Shown here piece after piece: positions 38,638 through 47,409 of a stretch of 64,000 nucleotides of DNA. The position numbers and the translations under genes were made by a program. The stretch is from Candidatus Moraniibacteriota bacterium (GTDB taxonomy: Bacteria > Patescibacteriota > Minisyncoccia > Moranbacterales > UBA1568): assembly GCA_028688415.1 (NCBI GenBank), contig JAQTYF010000001.1, positions 577,895 to 641,894 of the forward strand. The letters run 5' to 3'. Under the pieces are notes generated by a model. The model searched no databases. It worked only from the letters and a program-made list of their open reading frames with translations, and was not told the origin of the DNA. Every line of letters begins with the position of its first letter. The stretch's first letter is position 1.

Positions 38638-39045
38638 AAACTCCGTTCAATAAAAAATAAATATCTCTCTGTGCTACGTTCTGGTTCTTATACACTTACA
38701 GAGTACATACCACATGAGTATAGCCCAAAAGAGCCTAAGAATCAATAAAGACCATATCAATACGAGGTATCGGTATGGTCTCTTATGCTTCTTTACTGAG
38801 AAGCGAAGGCAAAGGAATTTGCCTTATGTAAATACAAGAAAACATTGTTTGTTTTTCTTTTTGTTTTGATTTTGATTTTTAAAGAGCATTTTTCCTTTTT
38901 TTAGAGAAGAATCATCTTTTGAATGATTTTCTCTCCCAAAAAAAGAAAACGGGCACTTCCCGAAGGAAACACCCGTCTTAATTCACTACCTTACTAGTAT
39001 AGCACGCTTTTCCCCTTTTGTCAAAGGTTTTTTTTGGTTTACTTA

Positions 39046-39078
39046 GCGGTTGAACCGCTAAGTAAACCATTAGATAAA
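39046..39078. repeat. Perfect 14-bp-stem palindrome ggtttacttagcgg-ttgaa-ccgctaagtaaacc, downstream of the trxB stop
   Basis: T-run lies 5' of the hairpin on + and an A-run 3' of it on -, the reverse of a canonical terminator for either strand. Core resembles the motif at 48830..48854. Confidence 0.5.
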
Positions 39079-39090
39079 CAATCTGGAATA

Positions 39091-40011
39091 TTACCTCTGC
39101 TTCTTGATATATTCATACACAGCAAGAGCTGCGACGACACCGTCACCAGCAGAAATGTTATTTTGTTTGTAGGGAGCATCAGTAGCATCCCCAACTGCAA
39201 AGATTCCTACTTTCGATGTCGCTTTGGTTCGATGATCGAGGACGATTTCTCCTCGTTCATTGAGAGTGATAAGATCTTTGATAAATTCTGTATTCGGTAC
39301 CATTCCGATTTCCACGAAGACACCATCAGTTGACAGTGTTTTTTCTTCGCCAGTGAGAGCATCTTTGTAGAGGACGCCTGTGACGGCCGTTTCTCCGAGT
39401 ATCACTTGTGGTACAGCGTTATAGAGAGTATGTACTTTTTCATTCGTGAGAATTCTGTCTTGGGTCACGGCATCTCCACGAAGAACATCCGAACGAATCA
39501 TGAGGGTGATGGATGAAGCATATGGCAAGAGATCTTCTACTGCTTCGAGTCCAGCATTACCTCCTCCAACCACCACCACATTTTTATTACGGAAGAATGG
39601 TGCATCACAGGTCGAACAATACACGACACCCTTGCCATTGAATGTTTCTTCTCCAGGAATATCGAGATGACGATGTCGTCCGCCGGTAGCCACGATCACT
39701 GCTTTGGTCTCATGTTGTGTCCCATCAGAGAGTACAATAGTATAGCGTCCATCCTGTTCTGTCACAGCAGTTGCTTTCACTCCTGTCAAAATCTCGATCC
39801 CCTCTTGTGCACGGAGATGTCTCTCGAGTGACTGAGCGAATTCAAATCCAGGGATAGTCACCGTACCAATCCAATTTTCGATACTTGCAGAGACCGTCGA
39901 CTGACTGAGGAAATTTTCTGTCACAAAAAGCGTCTTCATTTGTTTGCGAGCAGAATATACTCCTGCAGCCACTCCACCCGGACCTCCACCGATGATGATC
40001 ACATCGTACAT
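39091..40011 (-). CDS. trxB: Thioredoxin-disulfide reductase
   Basis: MYDVIIIGGGPGG FAD motif; redox-active CSTCDAPFF; second GGGNAG NADPH motif. Start set at MYDV; the track ORF adds 21 aa. Confidence 0.85.
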   Translation of the reverse strand: MYDVIIIGGGPGGVAAGVYSARKQMKTLFVTENFLSQSTVSASIENWIGTVTIPGFEFAQSLERHLRAQEGIEILTGVKATAVTEQDGRYTIVLSDGTQHETKAVIVATGGRHRHLDIPGEETFNGKGVVYCSTCDAPFFRNKNVVVVGGGNAGLEAVEDLLPYASSITLMIRSDVLRGDAVTQDRILTNEKVHTLYNAVPQVILGETAVTGVLYKDALTGEEKTLSTDGVFVEIGMVPNTEFIKDLITLNERGEIVLDHRTKATSKVGIFAVGDATDAPYKQNNISAGDGVVAALAVYEYIKKQR

Positions 40012-40088
40012 ATTTTTTTTCTTATTGAAATTATTTTTGAAAAAAGAAAGGGTCTTGTATTTTTTCAAACACAAAACCCTCTTTTACA

Positions 40089-40898
40089 TCAGCCTCGATA
40101 ACCACCATCCACCAGAATATTCTGGCCCGTGATATACGATGCTCCAGATCCAAGGAGAAATACAACAACCGTCGCCACTTCACTCGGCTCTGCGAAATGT
40201 CCGAGCCAAATCTTGGCACATTCACTTTCATACTCACCGTCTGGCAAGGTATCATTCATACCCGTATTGATCCACCCTGGAGCAACACCGTTCACGCGGA
40301 TGCCATACTTGGCATAATGAGAGGCAAACCCGAGTATCTGCATCGCCATTGCCGCCTTGGACGAATCGTAATGCATCGAATACTCTGCCCACGAATTGAT
40401 ACCGTTCGTCGAAGTAATGAGAACAACAGCGCCTTTTACTTCTTTGGCTTTCATACGCTCGAGGACGGCACGAGTGGAAATAAATGATCCCATCACATTC
40501 ACCGCATAGACATCGTTCCAACCAGGGATTTTTTTTCTATCGGCATCAATACGTGTCTTGAGTGTTTGTTCTGTCAAATCAGTGTTCGGTGAAATACCAA
40601 TACTGTCGACTAACAGTGTAATTTCTTCTCCAAGTGTCGTCACAGATTCTTCGAGCATTTGCTCAAATGATGATTTTGTCTCATCGGTACGGTCCGAGAC
40701 CTGTGCAAGAAAGATGTCCGCACCAAGCGTTTTGAGTTCTTCGGCGACCGCTTCTGCTTTAGAACGATTACCGCTGTAGGTCAGCGTGAGCTTCTTCACA
40801 CCATGTACTACAAGTGCACGAGCAATCTCAGATCCGATACCACCACTGCCACCCAAGACGAGTGCGTGACCAGATACATTGAAAAGGTACTTATTCAT
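40089..40898 (-). CDS. Short-chain dehydrogenase/reductase (SDR) family oxidoreductase
   Basis: N-terminal LVLGGSGGIGSEIA Rossmann motif; YDSSK (YxxxK) catalytic motif. Confidence 0.75.
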   Translation of the reverse strand: MNKYLFNVSGHALVLGGSGGIGSEIARALVVHGVKKLTLTYSGNRSKAEAVAEELKTLGADIFLAQVSDRTDETKSSFEQMLEESVTTLGEEITLLVDSIGISPNTDLTEQTLKTRIDADRKKIPGWNDVYAVNVMGSFISTRAVLERMKAKEVKGAVVLITSTNGINSWAEYSMHYDSSKAAMAMQILGFASHYAKYGIRVNGVAPGWINTGMNDTLPDGEYESECAKIWLGHFAEPSEVATVVVFLLGSGASYITGQNILVDGGYRG

Positions 40899-40934
40899 AA
40901 ATTTCTCCTCTATTGGTTTAGATAAACAAAAGAA

Positions 40935-41183
40935 CTACTGCATTTTGAAAAGGGATTTCAGATATGCTTCGCTGATTTTTTTCTTGCCATCCCATTTGCA
41001 AGATATATCATCCTTGAGAAGCTCTACTCCGAGCATCGCCACCGCTTCGCGAATAGCGGTGATCTGCGTGATGACAGCGAGACAATCTTTTTCTTCTTCC
41101 ACCATACGACGTACGCCTTTCAATTGTCCTTCGATGCGCGCAATACGCGAGAGCACCGGCGATGTTTTCTTCGGAATCGTCAT
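40935..41183 (-). CDS. CsoR/RcnR/FrmR-family (DUF156) transcriptional repressor, two-Cys, no-His (CstR-like) variant
   Basis: LSRIARIEGQLKGVRRMVEEEKDCLAVITQITAIREAVAML fits the DUF156 helix bundle. Cys34 and Cys62 present, but residue 58 is Asp rather than the His of Cu-CsoR. Confidence 0.75.
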   Translation of the reverse strand: MTIPKKTSPVLSRIARIEGQLKGVRRMVEEEKDCLAVITQITAIREAVAMLGVELLKDDISCKWDGKKKISEAYLKSLFKMQ

Positions 41184-41202
41184 AATGATTGTTTCAGAAA
41201 AA

Positions 41203-41247
41203 TATACCCTACAGGGGTATATTATATCTTTTACGAAAATGTGTCAA
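41203..41247 (-). promoter_or_regulatory. CsoR-type operator TATACCCTACAGGGGTATA (41203..41221) overlapping a -35/-10 promoter of the csoR-SDR-trxB operon
   Basis: Palindrome 20 nt upstream of the csoR start, near-identical to the B. subtilis CsoR operator TACCCTACGGGGGTA. Minus-strand TATAAT at 41221..41226 and TTGACA at 41242..41247 with a 15-nt spacer. Confidence 0.6.
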
Positions 41248-41313
41248 CCCTGCGCATTCAATTCCATTCTAAAGCGCGACATTCAGACAGAATGAATGTT
41301 TTTTTTCAACGAA

Positions 41314-41470
41314 CAAAAGAATTTTTCATCATCCTTTCCACTCTGACTGAGCAAGAGCTCTCAGATCGAAAAAAGAAGCTAAGAGTGTGTTGATTGGAGG
41401 CTTCTTTTTTCGTTTTACTGAGAGCTCTTGTGAGAGGTGGAACGATGATGAAAAATTGGCTTTTGGTTGT
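41314..41470. repeat. Copy B of the ~155-bp palindromic MITE/ERIC-like element
   Basis: About 90 % identical to 238..392. Central hairpin cgaaaaaagaagc / gcttcttttttcg is perfect here. Lies between the csoR promoter and the stop of the giant surface-protein gene. Confidence 0.6.
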
Positions 41471-41509
41471 TGAAAAGAGAAAGCTTCATTTCAAGAGAGA
41501 CTGTAGTCC

Positions 41510-44500
41510 TTAAAACTTCGCCCATCCAAACATATCATTGAAGTTCCCGATAATCATCTGTACAACATTTTCAGTTTGTTGTGGAGTAATAATCATTTTT
41601 TCTCTTGAGATGCTTTCATTACCTGCTTTATCGATAGACTTGGCCTTGAGAAAATAGACAGAACCAATCTTGAATGATGTGAGCACTATCACGTGTGAAG
41701 TCGATGGATCGGTCGGCATATCAATCGTCTTTTCTTCTCCATTCGATCCTTCTTTGTAAGCAATGGAAGTGGTGGCTGGTTCATCAGTGTACCACGAAAC
41801 AATAGCCTGGACTTTGCCATCTTGAGCGAGAGCCATATCAGTTTTGAGTTGGTCAATTTCTGGAGCAGTGGTATCTTGACTCGTTGTGAAGTTTTTGGCA
41901 TCCTGAGTCACCTTGTTCCCTGCTTCATCTGTCGCAACGATCTTGGCATTGTACACCGACCCTGGTTTCAGTCCCTTGAGGACGACAGTGTGCGAGAGGG
42001 AAAGATCAGGCTTACCCTGAGACCCGGTATCAGAACTCTCCTTGGTATTCGTATAGGAGACGGATGCATCGGTCGGAACGCTCGTATTGAAACTCACTTC
42101 GACTTCCGTATCAGAAAGTACTTTGGTCGTGACATTACTAATTCCCGGAAGAGAACGGGGCGAGAATGTGTAATCAGAAGAAGCGAAAAGGTTGTTTAAT
42201 TTATCCTTACCTTTGACACGAAAATGATAAAGTTGATTGCTCTCGAGCTTGTTGACAGTCATTGTGTGCGTCTTCGTTTGGGTATTACTTTCTTGTTTGT
42301 CTCCGTACGTTTCTGAGAGACCGTATTCCACAATAGAAGACATAAGTGTACTCGTTTTCCAAGCGAGAACTGCTTCGCCGATTTTGTTCGAAACGATATT
42401 GATAGAAGAAATGGTCGAAGGAGAAGTAGTAGTGAAAGAGGATTCGGAGGAAGTAGTGAGATTGCCTCTCGCATCGGAAGAAAGGACGACAAAATAATAT
42501 TTGGTACTCGGGATGAGATTCTTGAGAAAAATCGTATGTTCGACAGCGTACGTCTCGATAGCTGAATTGATCACATCTTCTCCGGACATATCTCCATAAT
42601 CCGTCGTGATGCCGTACCTCACGTACCCATTACTGACCTCATCCGTACTCCATGTCACCGTTGCATTCTCTCCTGTCACATCTGACACATTCACACTCGA
42701 GATTGTCGGGGATATCAGATCACCCCCTTCGCTTCCGCTGTCTACCTGTATCGGTTTGGTCGTGAAACTCGCTTCATCAGAAACAACCACTGTGTCGAGA
42801 TTATCGATACAGGTTGCCTGGTAATAATAAATCGTCGAAAAGAGAAGTGATGGAAGCGTGATAGAGTGGCGCTTGTTTTCGAGAGTCTCAGTGACTGGAG
42901 TGGCTGCATAATTGCTCGGGGCAGTGCCGTACTCGATCGTACAGAGAGCAGGCTGGTCTGTAACAAGTGAGATGACGGCATTCGTATCAGTGATAAGTAC
43001 CGTATTCATCCCTGTGATACTCGTCAGTGGATCGTGCTGGAAACTCGGATCCGGAAGTGTCTTGAAAGAGTTTTGTGAGGAAAGTGTCGTATTTCCAGAA
43101 AGATCAGCAGAGTAGGCTTTGAAATAATAAGTAGTGTCAGCGACGAGAGAGGGAAGGATAACAAAATGATCCTGTCCATAAGTGACAGTTTCTGTAGTAC
43201 TGGTATACGGTCCTCCTCCAGTAGTAGCATATCGTATCTGACTCGTACTTTGTTCATCGGTGAGCCAAGTGATAGCTACTCGATCATACGTGATGACAGA
43301 AGCTCCGAGAGTGGAAATGACAGGACTTGTATTGTCCGTGGTAGTAGTGAATTGATAGAAAACGCCTCCATTGGTATCGAGAGCCATATTACTATCCGTA
43401 TCTTCTGATTTCACAAAGAAATAGTAAACCGTACCAGGTTGCAATCCTGATATTGTCTGAATATGACTCGTCGTGAGTGGAGTGGTACCGACTTCGGTAG
43501 GAGCGACGAGAGCAGTTTCTGATTTTTCTGTTGAGTAAGAAATATAAGTAGAGGCAGGAATATCCGTGTTCCAACCTATTGTTGCCTGAGTATTCGCGGC
43601 GCTCGAGAGAGCAACATTGGAAATAGCTGGACCTGGATTGGTAGTGAACGTATATCCTGTTCCCCCGTTATTATCAGTACCTTCGTTGCCTGCTGGATCA
43701 GAAGATTTGACCTGATAGAAATACGTTGTAGCAGGAGTGAGACCGGTAAGTACGACGCTATGGATACCACTTCCTCCAGTGTTATCCGCATAGTTGAACA
43801 CGCCGATTTCATCAGTGAAAAATCCACTGTTAACGGAAAAACCGACCGTCGAAGTAGAGAGTTCGTTGGTATCCCAAGTGATAGTGACTTGAGTTGTCGA
43901 AACTGCAGAATGAATAACATTGGAAATAGCAGGCGGAGTGGTCTCTGATCCCCCTCCTCCTTCTCCAGAATCTTGAGTACCATTTGGCTTTCCTTGAAGA
44001 GTCGACGACATCCAAGAAACGTTTCCGACGTTGTCTGTCATCTTGACCTTGTAGTAACGAATCGTGTCAAAAGTGACAGTCTCATCAATATAGTAATTAG
44101 TACTTCTGGAATTGATAGTAGCGACGAGAGAAAAATTGACATTGTCTCCTGACGCATAAAGTTTGTAATTGGCGAATCCATAAAAAGGTTCGGCAACCGT
44201 TCTCCAAGAGATGAAGAGTTTCCAATCATTATTCAGAGCATTCGACACATCTTGAATAATCATAAGAGTCGGAGTTTCTGTCGAAGTGACAGAGGAAATG
44301 ATTGTTTCATTGTTGTAGACATCTCGATACTGAACATAGACGATGTCTGGATTGGTAGCGAGTGTGAGGAGCTTCGTTCCATTATAGGCTTCGTAGGTGG
44401 ATCCAGAGAGATCAGAATTCAATCCAACTTTCATTTCAATCGTGGAATCATCAGTCGCAGAGAGAGTGACACTCGCTGGAGTGAGCGATGCATCAACCAA

Positions 44501-46927
44501 AACAGGATAGGATCCGAGCGTTGGCGCCTTGGAATCAAATGTGATGGTATCAGTCGCTGTGGCAGTATTGTTGGCAGCTTCATTGTCATTCACGGTCACT
44601 TTCACTGAAAGAGTCGTGCTATAGGTATTGGTAATATCAGTCTTCGCGTCCCAGATAGCTTCGTACTGTGTGTAGTTTGCAATATCGACACTCTTGTTAG
44701 CTGTGGCATTGATAGAAAGATTGGCACTATTGATGGTAACGAAACCAGACCCATTGTCATAGGCAAAGGAAGGAGTGATGTATCCAGGAGTGTTCGTTCC
44801 ATCGGTAGTATCGAAATCTTTCACTCGATAGATGATACGGATTTTTCCCCAGTCAGAATCGAGATTATCAGAAATCTGTGAGACTGCGAGACCATTAGTA
44901 TTGTAAGCAGTGTCAAATTCTGGAGCAGCATTCACCACATATTGTGATGTCACACTTGTGAGGATCGGGGTGATAGCACCGCCTGAGGTAAGAGTCACTC
45001 GGTATTGGAAATATTGATCATCCGATCCTGTCATGAGTGGATGCGTCGGAGAGAGTGTCACCCCATTGTCACTCTCGGTGAAATATGTAGATCCTGAACA
45101 ATCAGTGTATCCACACCAGGAAGCAGATGTGAGACCTCCGAGAGTAGACGCAGAACGCACTTGAAGTTTCACAGTATCACTGGCACTCGTATTTGTCGCT
45201 GTCCAACTCATTTTGGAGAGAAGATTGGCATTCGAGGAAGAGTCGTACGGAGAAGAAAGAATCTCTCCTGATGTGTACTGGGAGTAGTCGATGGTAACAG
45301 AGTCAAGAGTGGGTGAAACAGACGGATCAGTTGTCGAAAAATTCGCACGATACTGCATGTATTGATTGCCTGATAATGATGAGATGTCTCCACCATTCGC
45401 GACACCAGTTGTCCAGGAAGTCCACGAACCATCTGGCGTCGCAGTATTACCCGCCCGGACGTCCATCGTTATGGTTTGTCCGTTGAGTGTCGTAGCATAA
45501 CCAAAAGTGGAAAAGGAGGCAGACGCTCCGAGGTTAATAACGGCAGAAGTGAAAGTACCAGAAGCTACTTCGGGAAAACGATTATATTGAGATACAGTAA
45601 CATTACCATAATTAGTCACGTAGACCGATGTTCCATCAGGAGAAATCGTTATACCGATAGGACTTGCTCCTGCCGATATTGTTTCGGGGGTAAGTGGAGT
45701 AAGAATTCCAGTACTGGTATTTCTGTTGTATTGAGATACATTTGAGCTTGATAAATTGGCAGTGTAAGCCGATGCTCCAGACGAAGAGATAACAATACCA
45801 TACGGACTATTAGATGTATTTATAGTATCTACATATGTAAGCAAACCAGTACCTATATTTCTGTTATATTGAAAAATGCGTTGATAATCATAATTAGTTA
45901 CATAGACCGATGTTCCATCAGGAGAAATTGTAATACTATAGGAACCATTCATTGTGGATATCGTTGCAGGGGTAAGTTGAGTAAGGAGGCCAGTGCTGGT
46001 ATTTCTGCTGTATTGAGATACTTCATTATAATTATTTACATAAACTGACATCCCATCGGAAGAAATTATAACATTATTCGGTTGGATTCCTGTAGATATC
46101 GTTGCGGGGGTAAGCGGAGTGAGGAGGCCAGTGCTGGTATTTCTACTGTATTGAGATAATGTATTACTACCATAATTAGCCACATAGACTGATGTTCCAT
46201 CAGAAGAAATTGTGATACCACGAGGACTCGTTTCTGCCGATATTGTTGCGGGGGTAAGCGGAGTGAGGAGGCCAGTGCTGGTATTTCTGCTGTATTGAGA
46301 TACGGTAGTGTTACCAGAATTAGTTACATAAACTGATATTCCATCGGGAGAAATCGTAATACCGATAGGATTTGCTCCTGCCGATATTGTTGCGGGGGTA
46401 AGCGGAGTGAGGAGGCCAGTGCTGGTATTTCTGCTGTATTGAGATAATGTATTACTACCATAATTAGCCACATAGACTGATGTTCCATCAGAAGAAATTG
46501 TGATATCACGAGGCTGTGTTCCTGTAGGTCTCGTTGCGGGACTGAGTGCTGTAAGCAATCCACTCTTTACAAATTCTACTCTCGCTCCACTGCCGCTTCC
46601 CGTCACCTGTGTTATATTATTCGTTCCATTCCCAAATCCCCCACCTGTTGCCAGTCCTTGTGGTATCGTCGTCCCATCATCGGTGAAAGTATAACCGGTA
46701 GCAGGGAGTTTCACATCAGTCCCAACCGTCAGTCCACTCTGACTCGTATACTCATTCCAGTTCGTCTGATTGCCAGGATGCACGGCAGTATTCACCGTCA
46801 CTCCACCACTCCAGCTATTCTGGGTAAATGTATATGTCGCTCCCTGTGAACCGAGTGGCAAGAGATAGGTACCACTGACGATCACAATGACGAGCAAGGC
46901 CGATACCTGTGCTTTCCAGCTGCCCAT
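41510..46927 (-). CDS. Giant surface protein (~1,806 aa): signal/TM anchor, ~8-9 YVTN-type beta-propeller repeats, multiple fibronectin type III-like domains
   Basis: Start taken at MGSWKAQVSALLVIVIVSGTYLL; the preceding 124 track codons are AT-rich, K/R-rich leader. Repeats SQYSRNTSTGLLTPLTPATISAGANPIGITISPDGTSVYVTN. FN3-like AISNVIHSAVSTTQVTITWDTNELSTSTV and similar. Confidence 0.75.
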   Translation of the reverse strand: MGSWKAQVSALLVIVIVSGTYLLPLGSQGATYTFTQNSWSGGVTVNTAVHPGNQTNWNEYTSQSGLTVGTDVKLPATGYTFTDDGTTIPQGLATGGGFGNGTNNITQVTGSGSGARVEFVKSGLLTALSPATRPTGTQPRDITISSDGTSVYVANYGSNTLSQYSRNTSTGLLTPLTPATISAGANPIGITISPDGISVYVTNSGNTTVSQYSRNTSTGLLTPLTPATISAETSPRGITISSDGTSVYVANYGSNTLSQYSRNTSTGLLTPLTPATISTGIQPNNVIISSDGMSVYVNNYNEVSQYSRNTSTGLLTQLTPATISTMNGSYSITISPDGTSVYVTNYDYQRIFQYNRNIGTGLLTYVDTINTSNSPYGIVISSSGASAYTANLSSSNVSQYNRNTSTGILTPLTPETISAGASPIGITISPDGTSVYVTNYGNVTVSQYNRFPEVASGTFTSAVINLGASASFSTFGYATTLNGQTITMDVRAGNTATPDGSWTSWTTGVANGGDISSLSGNQYMQYRANFSTTDPSVSPTLDSVTIDYSQYTSGEILSSPYDSSSNANLLSKMSWTATNTSASDTVKLQVRSASTLGGLTSASWCGYTDCSGSTYFTESDNGVTLSPTHPLMTGSDDQYFQYRVTLTSGGAITPILTSVTSQYVVNAAPEFDTAYNTNGLAVSQISDNLDSDWGKIRIIYRVKDFDTTDGTNTPGYITPSFAYDNGSGFVTINSANLSINATANKSVDIANYTQYEAIWDAKTDITNTYSTTLSVKVTVNDNEAANNTATATDTITFDSKAPTLGSYPVLVDASLTPASVTLSATDDSTIEMKVGLNSDLSGSTYEAYNGTKLLTLATNPDIVYVQYRDVYNNETIISSVTSTETPTLMIIQDVSNALNNDWKLFISWRTVAEPFYGFANYKLYASGDNVNFSLVATINSRSTNYYIDETVTFDTIRYYKVKMTDNVGNVSWMSSTLQGKPNGTQDSGEGGGGSETTPPAISNVIHSAVSTTQVTITWDTNELSTSTVGFSVNSGFFTDEIGVFNYADNTGGSGIHSVVLTGLTPATTYFYQVKSSDPAGNEGTDNNGGTGYTFTTNPGPAISNVALSSAANTQATIGWNTDIPASTYISYSTEKSETALVAPTEVGTTPLTTSHIQTISGLQPGTVYYFFVKSEDTDSNMALDTNGGVFYQFTTTTDNTSPVISTLGASVITYDRVAITWLTDEQSTSQIRYATTGGGPYTSTTETVTYGQDHFVILPSLVADTTYYFKAYSADLSGNTTLSSQNSFKTLPDPSFQHDPLTSITGMNTVLITDTNAVISLVTDQPALCTIEYGTAPSNYAATPVTETLENKRHSITLPSLLFSTIYYYQATCIDNLDTVVVSDEASFTTKPIQVDSGSEGGDLISPTISSVNVSDVTGENATVTWSTDEVSNGYVRYGITTDYGDMSGEDVINSAIETYAVEHTIFLKNLIPSTKYYFVVLSSDARGNLTTSSESSFTTTSPSTISSINIVSNKIGEAVLAWKTSTLMSSIVEYGLSETYGDKQESNTQTKTHTMTVNKLESNQLYHFRVKGKDKLNNLFASSDYTFSPRSLPGISNVTTKVLSDTEVEVSFNTSVPTDASVSYTNTKESSDTGSQGKPDLSLSHTVVLKGLKPGSVYNAKIVATDEAGNKVTQDAKNFTTSQDTTAPEIDQLKTDMALAQDGKVQAIVSWYTDEPATTSIAYKEGSNGEEKTIDMPTDPSTSHVIVLTSFKIGSVYFLKAKSIDKAGNESISREKMIITPQQTENVVQMIIGNFNDMFGWAKF
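45500..46540. repeat. Near-identical ~140-bp tandem DNA repeats encoding the YVTN blades inside the giant gene
   Basis: cgttgcgggggtaagcggagtgaggaggccagtgctggtatttct(g/a)ctgtattgagata recurs near 46103, 46240 and 46383; a further ~60-bp exact duplicate lies at 46158..46217 and 46447..46505. Confidence 0.6.
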
Positions 46928-47409
46928 CAATACTTGTCCTACTTCTTTAATTGATTTGGAAGCAAGGCTTCCAAAAGATGGAAACAAGCTTCCAAATCTC
47001 CTCTGTTTCTTATGCGATATGACATCAGAAAGTACTCTCTTCTTTTTCTTGGAGAGGAGAGCGACAAAAAAACCAGTTGTTTTTTTTATTGTTTCTAGGA
47101 GTACTACGAAGAAATTTTTCTTCCATTCCGAAAAATGACGTCTGAAGAAAGTGCTTCTTTTTCTCTGCATTCTCTGCGGTGCAACACTATCAAAACACCC
47201 TTTCTTTCTCTGAATGAGGGTTTGATATGGTTTTCTTTTTTCTTCTACAAAAGACACTCTTCGCATAGTGTTTCTTTTTGTTTCTTCGCGCTCAAACATG
47301 GGTGTTCAAAAAAGAAACATCCATTGAAAGTATACCATAGAAATCTTCTTTTTGAAGAGAAAAAAGCCGTCTCTCGAAAAGAGATAACGGCTTATAGGAA
47401 AAATGAGGG

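Noticed and set aside
39046-39078. The perfect 14-bp palindrome as the intrinsic terminator of trxB
   Set aside because: The U-run is 5' of the hairpin on the + strand and an A-run follows it on the - strand, the wrong polarity for both; retained only as a palindromic motif or operator candidate.
238-41470. The two ~155-bp direct repeats as att-like boundaries of a 41-kb genomic island
   Set aside because: The intervening DNA is core housekeeping (rpsB, tsf, prfA, pyrEF, murA, mreB, tRNAs) with no integrase. Each copy is an internal palindrome, which fits a dispersed MITE/ERIC-like element better.
41822-44608. Multiple 60-135-aa track ORFs on both strands inside 41510..46927
   Set aside because: All are nested in or antisense to the continuous 1,800-aa reading frame with clear domain repeats.
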